64,000 nt of DNA from Acidimicrobiales bacterium (GTDB lineage: Bacteria; Actinomycetota; Acidimicrobiia; Acidimicrobiales; Aldehydirespiratoraceae): the NCBI GenBank assembly GCA_047516945.1, contig JAKZTU010000093.1, forward strand, positions 2,456 through 66,455. The letters run 5' to 3'. Every line of letters begins with the position of its first letter. The stretch's first letter is position 1. Both the position numbers and the translations under genes were made by a program. The notes beneath the pieces are model-generated. The model was not told the origin of the DNA. It saw only the letters and a program-made list of their open reading frames with translations, and ran no database searches. This document shows, one piece after another, positions 46,550-55,386 of this stretch.

Positions 46550-47980
46550 CTAGGGAACCCGTTCAATACGCAGGACGTTTGTGGAGCGGCTACGGCTGTC
46601 TGAGCCGGCCAGCACGCTAACCAGCTCACCGGCTCTAATGTGGCCGGCGTCTTTGGCCAGGCGGATCGCTTCTCGAACCATTTCCTCGTTGCTGCCGCCT
46701 TTGGAGATACGCATCGGGATCGTGCCCCAACTCAAAGTCAGCTGTTGCACCGTGGATTCGTTGATAGAGAACCCGAGAATCGTAGCTTCGGGCCTGAATC
46801 TGGCCATTGAACGGACCGTGAAGCCCGATCCTGAGATGCATATGACGCGATCGATCTCAAGTTCCTGAGTCGCCCGCCAAGCAGCCATGGTCATGGCGTC
46901 GGTCACCGACGCCGTTCCCCCAGAGTTATCGGTCATACGCAGTTCCGCGAGTTGTTTAGCCCAACTCTCGTAGTCCATTGCCTCGTCGGCTCGAGTGGCG
47001 ATCCGGCTCATCGTGCGGATGACGTTGACTGGGTCTGAACCGATCGCGGTTTCGCCTGAAAGCATGACCGCTGATGAACCGTCAAAGACGGCGTTGGCGA
47101 CATCGCTCGCCTCTGCCCTAGTTGGCGCAGGACTGGTGAGCATCGATTCCAGCATTTGCGTGGCAGTGATCACAGGACGGCCACCAGCAATGCAGTCCTT
47201 GATGATCTCTTTTTGTAAATGTGGTAGATCCTCAAGGCTGCACTCGTTGCCAAGGTCTCCTCTCGCCACCATTATCGCTCCGGCTGCTTCAATGATCCCT
47301 GGCAGGTTGTCGACGGCGGCCCGTGTCTCGATTTTGGCGATCACAAGTGGACCCCGTGGGTGGGGTTCGGTCCCGACTCGTCTGATGTCGTGAGCCGAGC
47401 GGACGAAACTGACCGCCACCATGTCGACGCCTAACTCCACGAATGCGTCGAGCGCAACGAAGTCACTCGGTGTGGGGGTTGCCATGCGGAGCCGTTGCGA
47501 GGGGAGATGTACGCCCGGTCGGCCCTTCAATTGCCCTCCGTGAATGGCGGTGACAAGGAGCTTTTCGCTCGATATGTCTGTGATCTTGAGTACTGCGCCA
47601 CCGTCGCCGATGGTTAGTTGGTCGCCTACTTCCAAGTCGTGGAGAAGACCCTCGTAGTCGACCTCAATCACCGATTCGTTCGACGCGTCTTGTCCAACTC
47701 GAAGTTCCAAGGTGCTACCGGTGGCGATATCGGTGCCGTGTTCACTGAAGCTCGCGGCTCGCACCTTTGGGCCTGGAAGGTCAACCAGGATGCCGACCCG
47801 GACTCCTTCGTCTTCGGCGACCGCTCGGATGCGACGATATCGCTCTATCCCTTCGTCAACAGTTCCGTGCGCTAGTCCGACTCGGGCAACGTTCATTCCT
47901 GCGCGAATCATTTCCCGCAGAGTTGTTTCGTCCTCTGAGGCCGGACCGATCGTGGCCACGATTTTTGTACGTCGTTGCAT
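46550..47980 (-). CDS. pyk: Pyruvate kinase
   Basis: RRTKIVATIGPAS, NVARVGLAHG, MVARGDLG. Confidence 0.95.
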   Translation of the reverse strand: MQRRTKIVATIGPASEDETTLREMIRAGMNVARVGLAHGTVDEGIERYRRIRAVAEDEGVRVGILVDLPGPKVRAASFSEHGTDIATGSTLELRVGQDASNESVIEVDYEGLLHDLEVGDQLTIGDGGAVLKITDISSEKLLVTAIHGGQLKGRPGVHLPSQRLRMATPTPSDFVALDAFVELGVDMVAVSFVRSAHDIRRVGTEPHPRGPLVIAKIETRAAVDNLPGIIEAAGAIMVARGDLGNECSLEDLPHLQKEIIKDCIAGGRPVITATQMLESMLTSPAPTRAEASDVANAVFDGSSAVMLSGETAIGSDPVNVIRTMSRIATRADEAMDYESWAKQLAELRMTDNSGGTASVTDAMTMAAWRATQELEIDRVICISGSGFTVRSMARFRPEATILGFSINESTVQQLTLSWGTIPMRISKGGSNEEMVREAIRLAKDAGHIRAGELVSVLAGSDSRSRSTNVLRIERVP

Positions 47981-48087
47981 CCCCGAAGGCTACCTAGGTT
48001 GACGCTTCTGTGGTGCGATGTCGATGGATCCTGGCAGCGGCTATTGTCATTTTGGCGCGGTCACAACGGGAACGCATGCGTCGAGTC

Positions 48088-48990
48088 CTACTCAGTCGAA
48101 GACTCTCCCGGTGTTGTGTCGTCCTGCAGCAAGCCACCGAGTCCATCATTTTGAGGTTCCGTTCCTGGGAGATCATTGGTTTCTTGTGTTACGCTTACTG
48201 CGCCGCGGACATCGGCCAACAGAAGTGAATTTACAGGTTCCGAGTTTTCGACTTCAGTAACTCTGGTTGTGTTCAATGGCTTGTCTACGCCAACTCCGAG
48301 CAGTCCGTTATCCATGACTTGAACTACGCTTCCGGGCGTATTGAAGTAATAGAAATCAGATCTATAGAATGGGCTGGATGGATCGACTTCTTGTAAAGCA
48401 AATACGAGATATGTCGGGCCGTCAGGTAGATGTCTTTGCTCTATGCCCGACCGTATAACTTCTACCGGGGAATCTGAAATACGCACCATTGGTGCGCCTT
48501 GTTCGTCTGTGATCATTGCAAACGTCAATATAGTGATCTCTTGCGTGTTCGCAGGCAATTCACCAGCTATAACTTCGTCAACTGTGAAAACGATGCCGTC
48601 GTACACATCTATTTGGAGCCCGATACTCGCAGTTTCGGGCAGGGGCACGGTAAGTGCAGATTCGATATAGTTCGTGATTCTGCCCGTGAAGATGATATCA
48701 GACGCGCGCGCCAAGGACTCTAGATCCTGATGATAGATGTAGAACGCATTGTAGCCACCATCTGGAATGCTCTCATCGTATGTAGCAAGTCCCGTTGTTC
48801 CTAGCGCTACTGGTTCCGTGGCCGCCGTTGTATCTTCGAATTCGGCGTTCTCGGATGTGTCAAGAATATAAACTGTTTGTGAATCGTGTTCAATAGTCTG
48901 CGGTTCATTCACAGAATCAGATGACAACGAACAAGAAATGCCCACAGTCATTGTCATTACTAGTGTCATGCTAGTTATTAGCAAACGCAT
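48088..48990 (-). CDS. Orphan putative lipoprotein (low-GC islet)
   Basis: N-terminal MRLLITSMTLVMTMTVGISC (signal plus a lipobox-like Cys). No recognisable domain. AT-rich codon usage, unlike the flanking genes. Confidence 0.6.
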   Translation of the reverse strand: MRLLITSMTLVMTMTVGISCSLSSDSVNEPQTIEHDSQTVYILDTSENAEFEDTTAATEPVALGTTGLATYDESIPDGGYNAFYIYHQDLESLARASDIIFTGRITNYIESALTVPLPETASIGLQIDVYDGIVFTVDEVIAGELPANTQEITILTFAMITDEQGAPMVRISDSPVEVIRSGIEQRHLPDGPTYLVFALQEVDPSSPFYRSDFYYFNTPGSVVQVMDNGLLGVGVDKPLNTTRVTEVENSEPVNSLLLADVRGAVSVTQETNDLPGTEPQNDGLGGLLQDDTTPGESSTE

Positions 48991-49045
48991 AATACTCCTC
49001 CATGGTAAGGGCTACCGGAAATCATCGTATAAGAACCCGAGGATT

Positions 49046-49636
49046 CTAGTAGTGACCATTTATTAACCCGACTTCAATAGTATTGAACTGGTTATTTTCG
49101 CCGCCTGACATACAGCTGGTACCTGAAGTACCATGTCCGAAGCCGATACTGTGACCTATTTCATGGCACACTAGATTATTCTGAAGCAAATCACTTAAAT
49201 TATGGGTATCATCAGCGATAACAATTCTACCGGTTGAACACACAGAATCTGATAGCGGGGTAGCACAAGTATAGGTTCCAGCAGTGGCACCATGCAATGT
49301 CTGGACAAGCCAGTAAAAATCTGGGAATAGAGCAAAATCTGGTACGCGAGCAAGGTTCATGTCAGTCGGATTGTAAACGTCTTGCCCGCCCGCACCATCG
49401 AATCGATGTTCCCATCGAAAGCGTTGTAATATATTATCTTCAAGGGTTCGATAACTGTGTTGGTTATTGTTTGCGTATCGTGTACCACCAACATTCACTC
49501 CGAACGGTGTGACACCGGGGTCAAGTTGGGCAACGGCTGACAACGGCGACAGTAACAACACGACCAACGCCAACAGGAGTGCACTTACTGTGCGCACGGC
49601 AGGTGGTTGCCTAAGCTTGGAGGGTATTTTATCCAC
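49046..49636 (-). CDS. Secreted small zinc metalloprotease, metzincin-type
   Basis: Signal peptide ..LLLSPLSAVA/QL, an HEIGHSIGFGH (HExxHxxGxxH) motif, and an SCMSGG Met-turn candidate. The start is GTG 49636 or GTG 49597. Confidence 0.7.
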   Translation of the reverse strand: MDKIPSKLRQPPAVRTVSALLLALVVLLLSPLSAVAQLDPGVTPFGVNVGGTRYANNNQHSYRTLEDNILQRFRWEHRFDGAGGQDVYNPTDMNLARVPDFALFPDFYWLVQTLHGATAGTYTCATPLSDSVCSTGRIVIADDTHNLSDLLQNNLVCHEIGHSIGFGHGTSGTSCMSGGENNQFNTIEVGLINGHY

Positions 49637-49854
49637 GAGTCATCTTTCTGGTGAGTCGAATGCGGAGATCATGTACGATGCGGAGGGGAGTCACACCGGC
49701 TAACGGTGGAGACAATGTATCATGCATGTCAAGAACATGTCTCATATATGTCAACAACGCGTCGTGGTTGTCTAACGTGCTTCAGTCGTATGTGCGGATA
49801 TGGCGCACGGCGCGCAATTTTCGAAGATTCGTAGGATTCTTGCCAGAGTACGTA

Positions 49855-50691
49855 GTGTCACGCGAATCGGTGCCAGCGCTCCAGAGTGATGCTGAGACGG
49901 AGAACTCGCAGGCCGAGTATTGTGGCGAGGTGGCTGAGGTGCATCCGTTTCTGCAACATCGGGGTCCGATTGCGTTTGCTCATCGTGGCGGCACCAGCGT
50001 CTATCCGGAGAACAGCGAGCGCGCCTTTCGCCATGCTGTTGATCTGGGTTACAGCCACATTGAGACCGATGTGCAGGTGACCCGTGACGGTGTCGGAGTG
50101 ATCTGCCACGATGATCGGCTCGACCGGACCGCGGATCGCTGCGGTGATATTGCTGAGTTGTCCTGGGCTGAGGTCAGCAAAGCTCGAATAGGAGGCACTG
50201 AGCCGATTCTGCAGGTCAACGAATTGCTTGAAGCGTTTCCGAATACGCGGATCAACTTCGACCCGAAACGCGATGGAGCTGTGGAGCCGTTGGCCCAGGC
50301 GATCTTGGCGGCCGATGCCTTGGATCGCGTGCTTGTGGGTGCGTTCAGTGATCGTCGAGTAGATCATGCGAGGCGGTTGTTGGGCGATGGATTGGCGATT
50401 GCTGCAGGTAGTCGCAGGGTGATGGCACTGTTGCTGCGTGCCAACCACATTCCAGTCCCGCTCGAGAGCGTGGATGCGGCGCAGGTACCGGTTCGTATGG
50501 GTCGCATTGAGATTGTCACAAGGCGATTCATCGAGCATGCACACACCGTCGGGATCCATGTTCATGTGTGGGGGGTCGATGATCCCGGCGAAATGCATCG
50601 ACTACTCGACCTCGGTGTAGACGGTTTGATGACCGATGAACCCGAAGTGTTGAAGTCTGTCTTCTGCGATCGGGGTATCTGGGAGGTGTAG
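49855..50691 (+). CDS. Glycerophosphodiester phosphodiesterase (GDPD) family, second copy
   Basis: FAHRGGTSVYPENSERAFRHAVDLGYSHIETDVQVTRDGVGVICHDD. Start provisionally at GTG 49855; the track start at 49651 lies in AT-rich non-coding-looking DNA. Confidence 0.8.
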   Translation: MSRESVPALQSDAETENSQAEYCGEVAEVHPFLQHRGPIAFAHRGGTSVYPENSERAFRHAVDLGYSHIETDVQVTRDGVGVICHDDRLDRTADRCGDIAELSWAEVSKARIGGTEPILQVNELLEAFPNTRINFDPKRDGAVEPLAQAILAADALDRVLVGAFSDRRVDHARRLLGDGLAIAAGSRRVMALLLRANHIPVPLESVDAAQVPVRMGRIEIVTRRFIEHAHTVGIHVHVWGVDDPGEMHRLLDLGVDGLMTDEPEVLKSVFCDRGIWEV

Positions 50692-50706
50692 AGGTTGGCA
50701 GCGCGC

Positions 50707-50895
50707 CTAGTCGTCTTTGAGAGCGACGGCGTTGGGGGTGACGTTCACCTTGGGTTCGTATTCGACGGCCGTTACGTCTTGGGCGTCGCGGCGGAGGGTG
50801 GCCTTGAGTTGCTCGCGGCATGATCCGCACGGGCCGTAGTACTCGACTTCGCACTCTGTTGCGCAGCGCGGACACTCGATCTGCAGAAGTTCCAT
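50707..50895 (-). CDS. Small zinc-ribbon protein (CxxC...CxxC)
   Basis: MELLQIECPRCATECEVEYYGPCGSCREQL. The 187-aa track ORF upstream of this Met overlaps the real divergent gene and looks like an artefact. Confidence 0.5.
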   Translation of the reverse strand: MELLQIECPRCATECEVEYYGPCGSCREQLKATLRRDAQDVTAVEYEPKVNVTPNAVALKDD

Positions 50896-50995
50896 GAGTG
50901 CAGTGTGGCGCGTTCGGGGCACGGCTCGGGTGACCCAACCTGAGAATGTCGCGATTTCGGATATGATCCCGCTTCGCGTAGGAGAGGGCAGCCAT

Positions 50996-52447
50996 ATGGG
51001 TAATGACCAAAGCGCCGTTCCAGAGCCGCAAATCGTGGTGATCGGTGCGGGTCCGGCTGGACTGACCGCTGCGTACCAGCTCGGCAAGTACGGTCGCACA
51101 GCCTTCATCGTTGAGGCCGACGATGTCGTAGGTGGAATCTCCCGCACAGCCAAACGCGATGGTTGGCGCTTTGATATCGGCGGCCATCGCTTCTTTACCA
51201 AGGTCGCGCCGGTGTCTGATCTATGGCACGAGATTCTCCCCGCCGAAGATTTCCTTTTGCGGCCCCGCATGAGCCGGATCTTCTATGGGGGGAAGTTCTA
51301 CGACTACCCACTGAAGGCATTCAACGCGCTCAGGAACTTAGGTGTTGTAGAAGCGGTCCGTTGCGTCTTGTCCTACCTCTGGGTCAAGATACGGCCACCT
51401 GAGGACCAAACGAAGTTCGAGGGATACGTTGCTGCCAAGTTCGGATGGCGGCTCTATAAGACCTTCTTCAAGACCTACACCGAAAAAGTCTGGGGAGTGC
51501 CGGCCAACGAACTCGCAGCCGACTGGGCCGCGCAACGAATCAAGAACCTGAACCTCCTCAATGCGATCGTCAACGCGCTCATTCCAAAGCGCAACTCCAC
51601 TGGCATTACGAGCCTTATTGAGGAGTTCGAGTATCCACGCCACGGTCCCGGGATGATGTGGGAACGTTGCTGTGAGTTGGTGCAAGCGCAGGGCAGTAAT
51701 GTCGAATTCAACTCAACAGTCACAAAGATCCGTCACGCCAATGGGGTTGCCACTGAGGTCATCACGACGGGTCCAGGCGGCCAACAGGTGCACGAATGCA
51801 GTGCAGTCATCTCTTCGATGCCGATCCCACGGCTTGTCCAAGCGATGGATCCCCCGGCACCTGAGGAGGTTCTTCGCGCCGCTTCCGGACTGAAGTTTCG
51901 CGATTTTTTGACCGTGGCACTAGTCGTTCCACTTGAAGATGGCTTCCCCGACAACTGGATATATATCCACTCCCCCGAAGTGGCTGTCGGCCGTGTGCAG
52001 AATTTTGGTTCTTGGTCACCGCAAATGATTCCCGAACCTGGCAAAACATGTCTGGGCCTTGAGTTCTTCGTGAACGAAGGCGATGAACTCTGGGTCGCTA
52101 GCGACGACGACCTCATAGCCTTGGGAACCAGAGAAATGGCGACTCTCGGTCTGCTCGACCCCACCCGCGTTGAGAAGGGTTACGTAGTACGGATGCCCAA
52201 GGCGTACCCGATGTACGACGCCTTCTACAAAGAAAATGTCGACACGCTGCGCGGCTGGCTTGCTGAGTGCACTCGCAATGTTCACCCTGTTGGCCGTAAC
52301 GGAATGCACCGCTACAACAATCAGGACCATTCCATGTACACGGCAATGCTTACCGTCGAAAACCTCGTCAACGGCACGAGTCACGACGTCTGGGAGGTAA
52401 ATGTCGAGGCCGACTACCACGAGGAACTCAAGGCTGGTGGAGCCTGA
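50996..52447 (+). CDS. NAD(P)/FAD-dependent oxidoreductase, UDP-galactopyranose-mutase-like
   Basis: VVIGAGPAGLTAAYQL dinucleotide fold, GGISRT, DIGGHRFF, YTEKVWG. ATG 50996 is preceded by GGAGAGGG. Confidence 0.8.
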   Translation: MGNDQSAVPEPQIVVIGAGPAGLTAAYQLGKYGRTAFIVEADDVVGGISRTAKRDGWRFDIGGHRFFTKVAPVSDLWHEILPAEDFLLRPRMSRIFYGGKFYDYPLKAFNALRNLGVVEAVRCVLSYLWVKIRPPEDQTKFEGYVAAKFGWRLYKTFFKTYTEKVWGVPANELAADWAAQRIKNLNLLNAIVNALIPKRNSTGITSLIEEFEYPRHGPGMMWERCCELVQAQGSNVEFNSTVTKIRHANGVATEVITTGPGGQQVHECSAVISSMPIPRLVQAMDPPAPEEVLRAASGLKFRDFLTVALVVPLEDGFPDNWIYIHSPEVAVGRVQNFGSWSPQMIPEPGKTCLGLEFFVNEGDELWVASDDDLIALGTREMATLGLLDPTRVEKGYVVRMPKAYPMYDAFYKENVDTLRGWLAECTRNVHPVGRNGMHRYNNQDHSMYTAMLTVENLVNGTSHDVWEVNVEADYHEELKAGGA

Positions 52448-52475
52448 TGGAGAAACGTGTCAGCGAGTCGATCCG

Positions 52476-53198
52476 ATGATTGAGTCGGGCCTACAGCGGA
52501 CCATTGTCGTTGTCCCGGCATACAACGAGGAAGAAGCTCTGCCTGCAGTTCTTCGTCAGCTTGCGGACACTGTCTCTGAACTTGACGTCATCGTAGTTGA
52601 CGATGGTTCGACCGACGCGACGGCTTCGGTGGCTCGCGATGCTGGTGTGCGGGTTGTGGTTTTGCCGTTCAACCTTGGAATCGGCGGAGCCTTGCGGGCC
52701 GGCTATCGCTACGCGGTAGACAGCGGCTATTCACGGGCTGTGCAGTTCGATGGCGATGGCCAGCATCGAGCCGATCAGATCGGACTACTAACAGCGGCTC
52801 TTGACGCAGGTGCGGACATGGCTGTGGGCTCCAGATTTCTTGAGGGTGACTACGGAGTCGGGCGGAGCAGAGCCTTGGCGATGTGGGTGCTGCGGGTTGG
52901 CGTTCGTGTGATTACCGGGCAGTCCTTCAGTGACACATCTTCGGGATTCAGAGCCATCGGCGGACAACTGCTGGAAGTCTTTGCTCATCAGTATCCGGTT
53001 GACTACATGGACTCGGTGGAGACGCTTGTAGAAGCCTGTCGCCGGGGTTACACGGTTGTCGAAGTCCCCGCGTTGATGAACCAGAGGGCCGGTGGTGTGC
53101 CGTCGCAGCGCCCATTGAGATTGGCGTACCACTACGCTCGGCTGATGGTGGCGCTCCTCGGCGCCTCACGACGCACGCCGCGGTCCAAGCGGCGCTGA
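52476..53198 (+). CDS. GT2 glycosyltransferase, polyprenol-phosphate-sugar synthase-like
   Basis: VVVPAYNEEEALPAVL, VIVVDDGSTD, QFDGDGQH. Confidence 0.85.
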   Translation: MIESGLQRTIVVVPAYNEEEALPAVLRQLADTVSELDVIVVDDGSTDATASVARDAGVRVVVLPFNLGIGGALRAGYRYAVDSGYSRAVQFDGDGQHRADQIGLLTAALDAGADMAVGSRFLEGDYGVGRSRALAMWVLRVGVRVITGQSFSDTSSGFRAIGGQLLEVFAHQYPVDYMDSVETLVEACRRGYTVVEVPALMNQRAGGVPSQRPLRLAYHYARLMVALLGASRRTPRSKRR

Positions 53199-53216
53199 GC
53201 GCCCCGAACAAGGGCG

Positions 53217-54125
53217 TTAGGCCGCCCGGGTTCTTCCGTGTGGATGCTCTTTTGAGCTGATCGATGGCGGTGGTGGTCCGTAGCGGCCCCGCAAGTGATC
53301 CCGGATTGCGAACAGGCGTCCTCGCACGGACCAGTGCAATCCGCGTGCTGGTGCGTAAACCAGACCCATCGGGATTTGTACTAGTGCAACCACTATGCGA
53401 AAGAGCGAGTTCCTAACTCCGTAGTGTTCGCGAAGCATTAGCAGCGTGTTGCGTAATTGCAGATAGGCGACCCGTTCAACCGAAGAACTCATACCAGGAT
53501 TTCGAACTTCAGCACCCCGGATCACGCCGCACAGCCAGCCTGATTTGGCCGCGCGAACACCCAACTCAGCTTCTTCGCAGTAGGCGAAATAGCGCTCGTC
53601 GAACAAGCCAACCTCAGATAGAAAACTCCGTCGACACATCATCAGCGTTCCATGCGGATAGTCGGATTGGTCGAATCCTTCCGACACGGTTGGCTCAGCG
53701 TCGATCGAGCCGAGATATGGCTGGATAATTGGACGTGCCTGGTCACCCACATCTGCGCTCATCAAACCGACCAGCGGTTTGTCGGATACCGCTGACAGCA
53801 TCTTTTCGATGGTGTCGGGTTGGGGCATCGCATCGTGGGGTGCAAGCGCCACCCATTCACCAACTCCGCCTCGCAGGAAGCGTCTCATGCCAATATTGGC
53901 TCCTGGTCCGAAGCCTAGATTTTCACCGGTGACAATCAGTTCGGCGTCACCCACCAGTCCACTGAGCGCATTGACCGTAGATGCCTCGCTGCCGTTGTCG
54001 ACAACCATCACCTGAGTGGGAACGGTCTGTGATCTGAAAGCCTCAACTGTGAGACCCACCTGTTCGGCACGGTTGCGATGAATTACTACAACAGTTACAG
54101 GCTCTGCGAAGCGCGAGACAGTCAT
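53217..54125 (-). CDS. GT2 glycosyltransferase
   Basis: VTVVVIHRNRAEQ, VMVVDNGSEAST, ENLGFGPGANIG. Start set at ATG 54125. Confidence 0.8.
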   Translation of the reverse strand: MTVSRFAEPVTVVVIHRNRAEQVGLTVEAFRSQTVPTQVMVVDNGSEASTVNALSGLVGDAELIVTGENLGFGPGANIGMRRFLRGGVGEWVALAPHDAMPQPDTIEKMLSAVSDKPLVGLMSADVGDQARPIIQPYLGSIDAEPTVSEGFDQSDYPHGTLMMCRRSFLSEVGLFDERYFAYCEEAELGVRAAKSGWLCGVIRGAEVRNPGMSSSVERVAYLQLRNTLLMLREHYGVRNSLFRIVVALVQIPMGLVYAPARGLHWSVRGRLFAIRDHLRGRYGPPPPSISSKEHPHGRTRAA

Positions 54126-54184
54126 TGTTGTGCAGCTTGCTACCCACCGTGAGATGTCAGCAACACGGCCGGTAACATGCGTCG

Positions 54185-55386
54185 GTGCCGCGGGTGCCTG
54201 AACCACCGGAATTTGCTTCGTCGGCCAATGTTGTGCCGACGGTAGGAAAAATCGGCGATCTTGCCGCCGAAGCAGGTATCAGACGTATCCACATGCTGGC
54301 TTGGCGTGATCTTGCCGATGTTGAAGCGGGGGGATCCGAGATCCACGCCGCAACGGTGGCATCGCTATGGGCACAGGCTGGGATCGAAGTCACCATGCGC
54401 ACCTCGTACGCGCAGGATCGCCACCCTTGGCGACGCGTGACGGTTACCAAGTGATCCGCAAGGCTGGGAGATATCTGGTGTTTCCCCGCGCTGCTGCCGC
54501 TGAGGCGACAGGTCGTCATGGGCCGCGAGATGCATTAGTCGAGATATGGAACGGGGTACCTTTCTTCTCTCCGATCTGGGCCCGCGGTCCTCGGGTAACT
54601 TGGCTACACCATGTGCACACGGAGATGTGGCCGCTGGTACTTCCGCCCGGTCTAGCTCGCGTCGGCCAGTTCCTCGAAAGTCGCTTGGCTCCGCCGTTCT
54701 ATCGCCGAACATCGGTAGTGACGCTTTCTGAATCTAGCAAGGTGTTGCTACTGGAACGGCTTGGGTTTCGGCCCGAGAACGTGCATGTCGTGCCGCCGGG
54801 GATTTCGCCGATGTTCTCGATGGGCCGAGAAAAGTCCGAGGTGCCCAGCGTGCTCGCTGTTGGTCGCCTGATGCCTCCCAAGGCATTCGACGAGTTGATT
54901 GAGGCGATGGTGCGGGTTCGTGAAGTGGTACCGGCAACGCTGACGATTGTCGGTGAAGGCTATGCACGAGATGCACTTGAGAATCAGATCTCGCGCCTCG
55001 GGGCTGAACAATGGTGTGAGCTACTGGGCCGCGTTGACGACGACATTTTGATCCAGTGCTACCAATCTGCGTGGGTTGTTGCTGCCACCTCGAAGAGCGA
55101 AGGATGGGGAATGACTCTGACCGAAGCCGCTGCGGTTGGCACGCCTGCGGTTGCAACTAGGATTCCAGGTCATGTTGATGCGGTGACTCACGGTGTGACG
55201 GGCCTGTTGGTTGATTCTTCGATCGAGTTCGTTGAGGCATTGGTAAGTGTGTTGAGCGACCAGGATCTGCGCGAGCGTATGGGTGTCGAAGCACGCCAAC
55301 AAGCGCTTGCATTCACGTGGGAGCGCACTGCGTACGACACGATGGCGGTGCTTACTGCTAGCGCGCGGCGCACTCGCTATGGATAG
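54185..55386 (+). pseudogene. GT4 (group 1) glycosyltransferase interrupted by a frameshift near 54412-54418
   Basis: The N-terminal module (IHMLAWRDLADVEAGGSEIHAATVASLWAQAGIEVT) is in the frame of ORF 54185-54454. The rest (GSPPLATRDGYQVIRKAGRY ... EGWGMTLTEAAAVGTPAVAT) is in the frame of ORF 54367-55386. Adding one base at GCGCAGGATCG would join them. Confidence 0.65.

Noticed and set aside
53200-53216. Bidirectional terminator hairpin between the convergent GT2 genes
   Set aside because: The stem is only 5 bp (CGCCC/GGGCG) with a 7-nt loop. It is too weak to annotate, and it is instead mentioned as a possible degenerate member of the repeat family.
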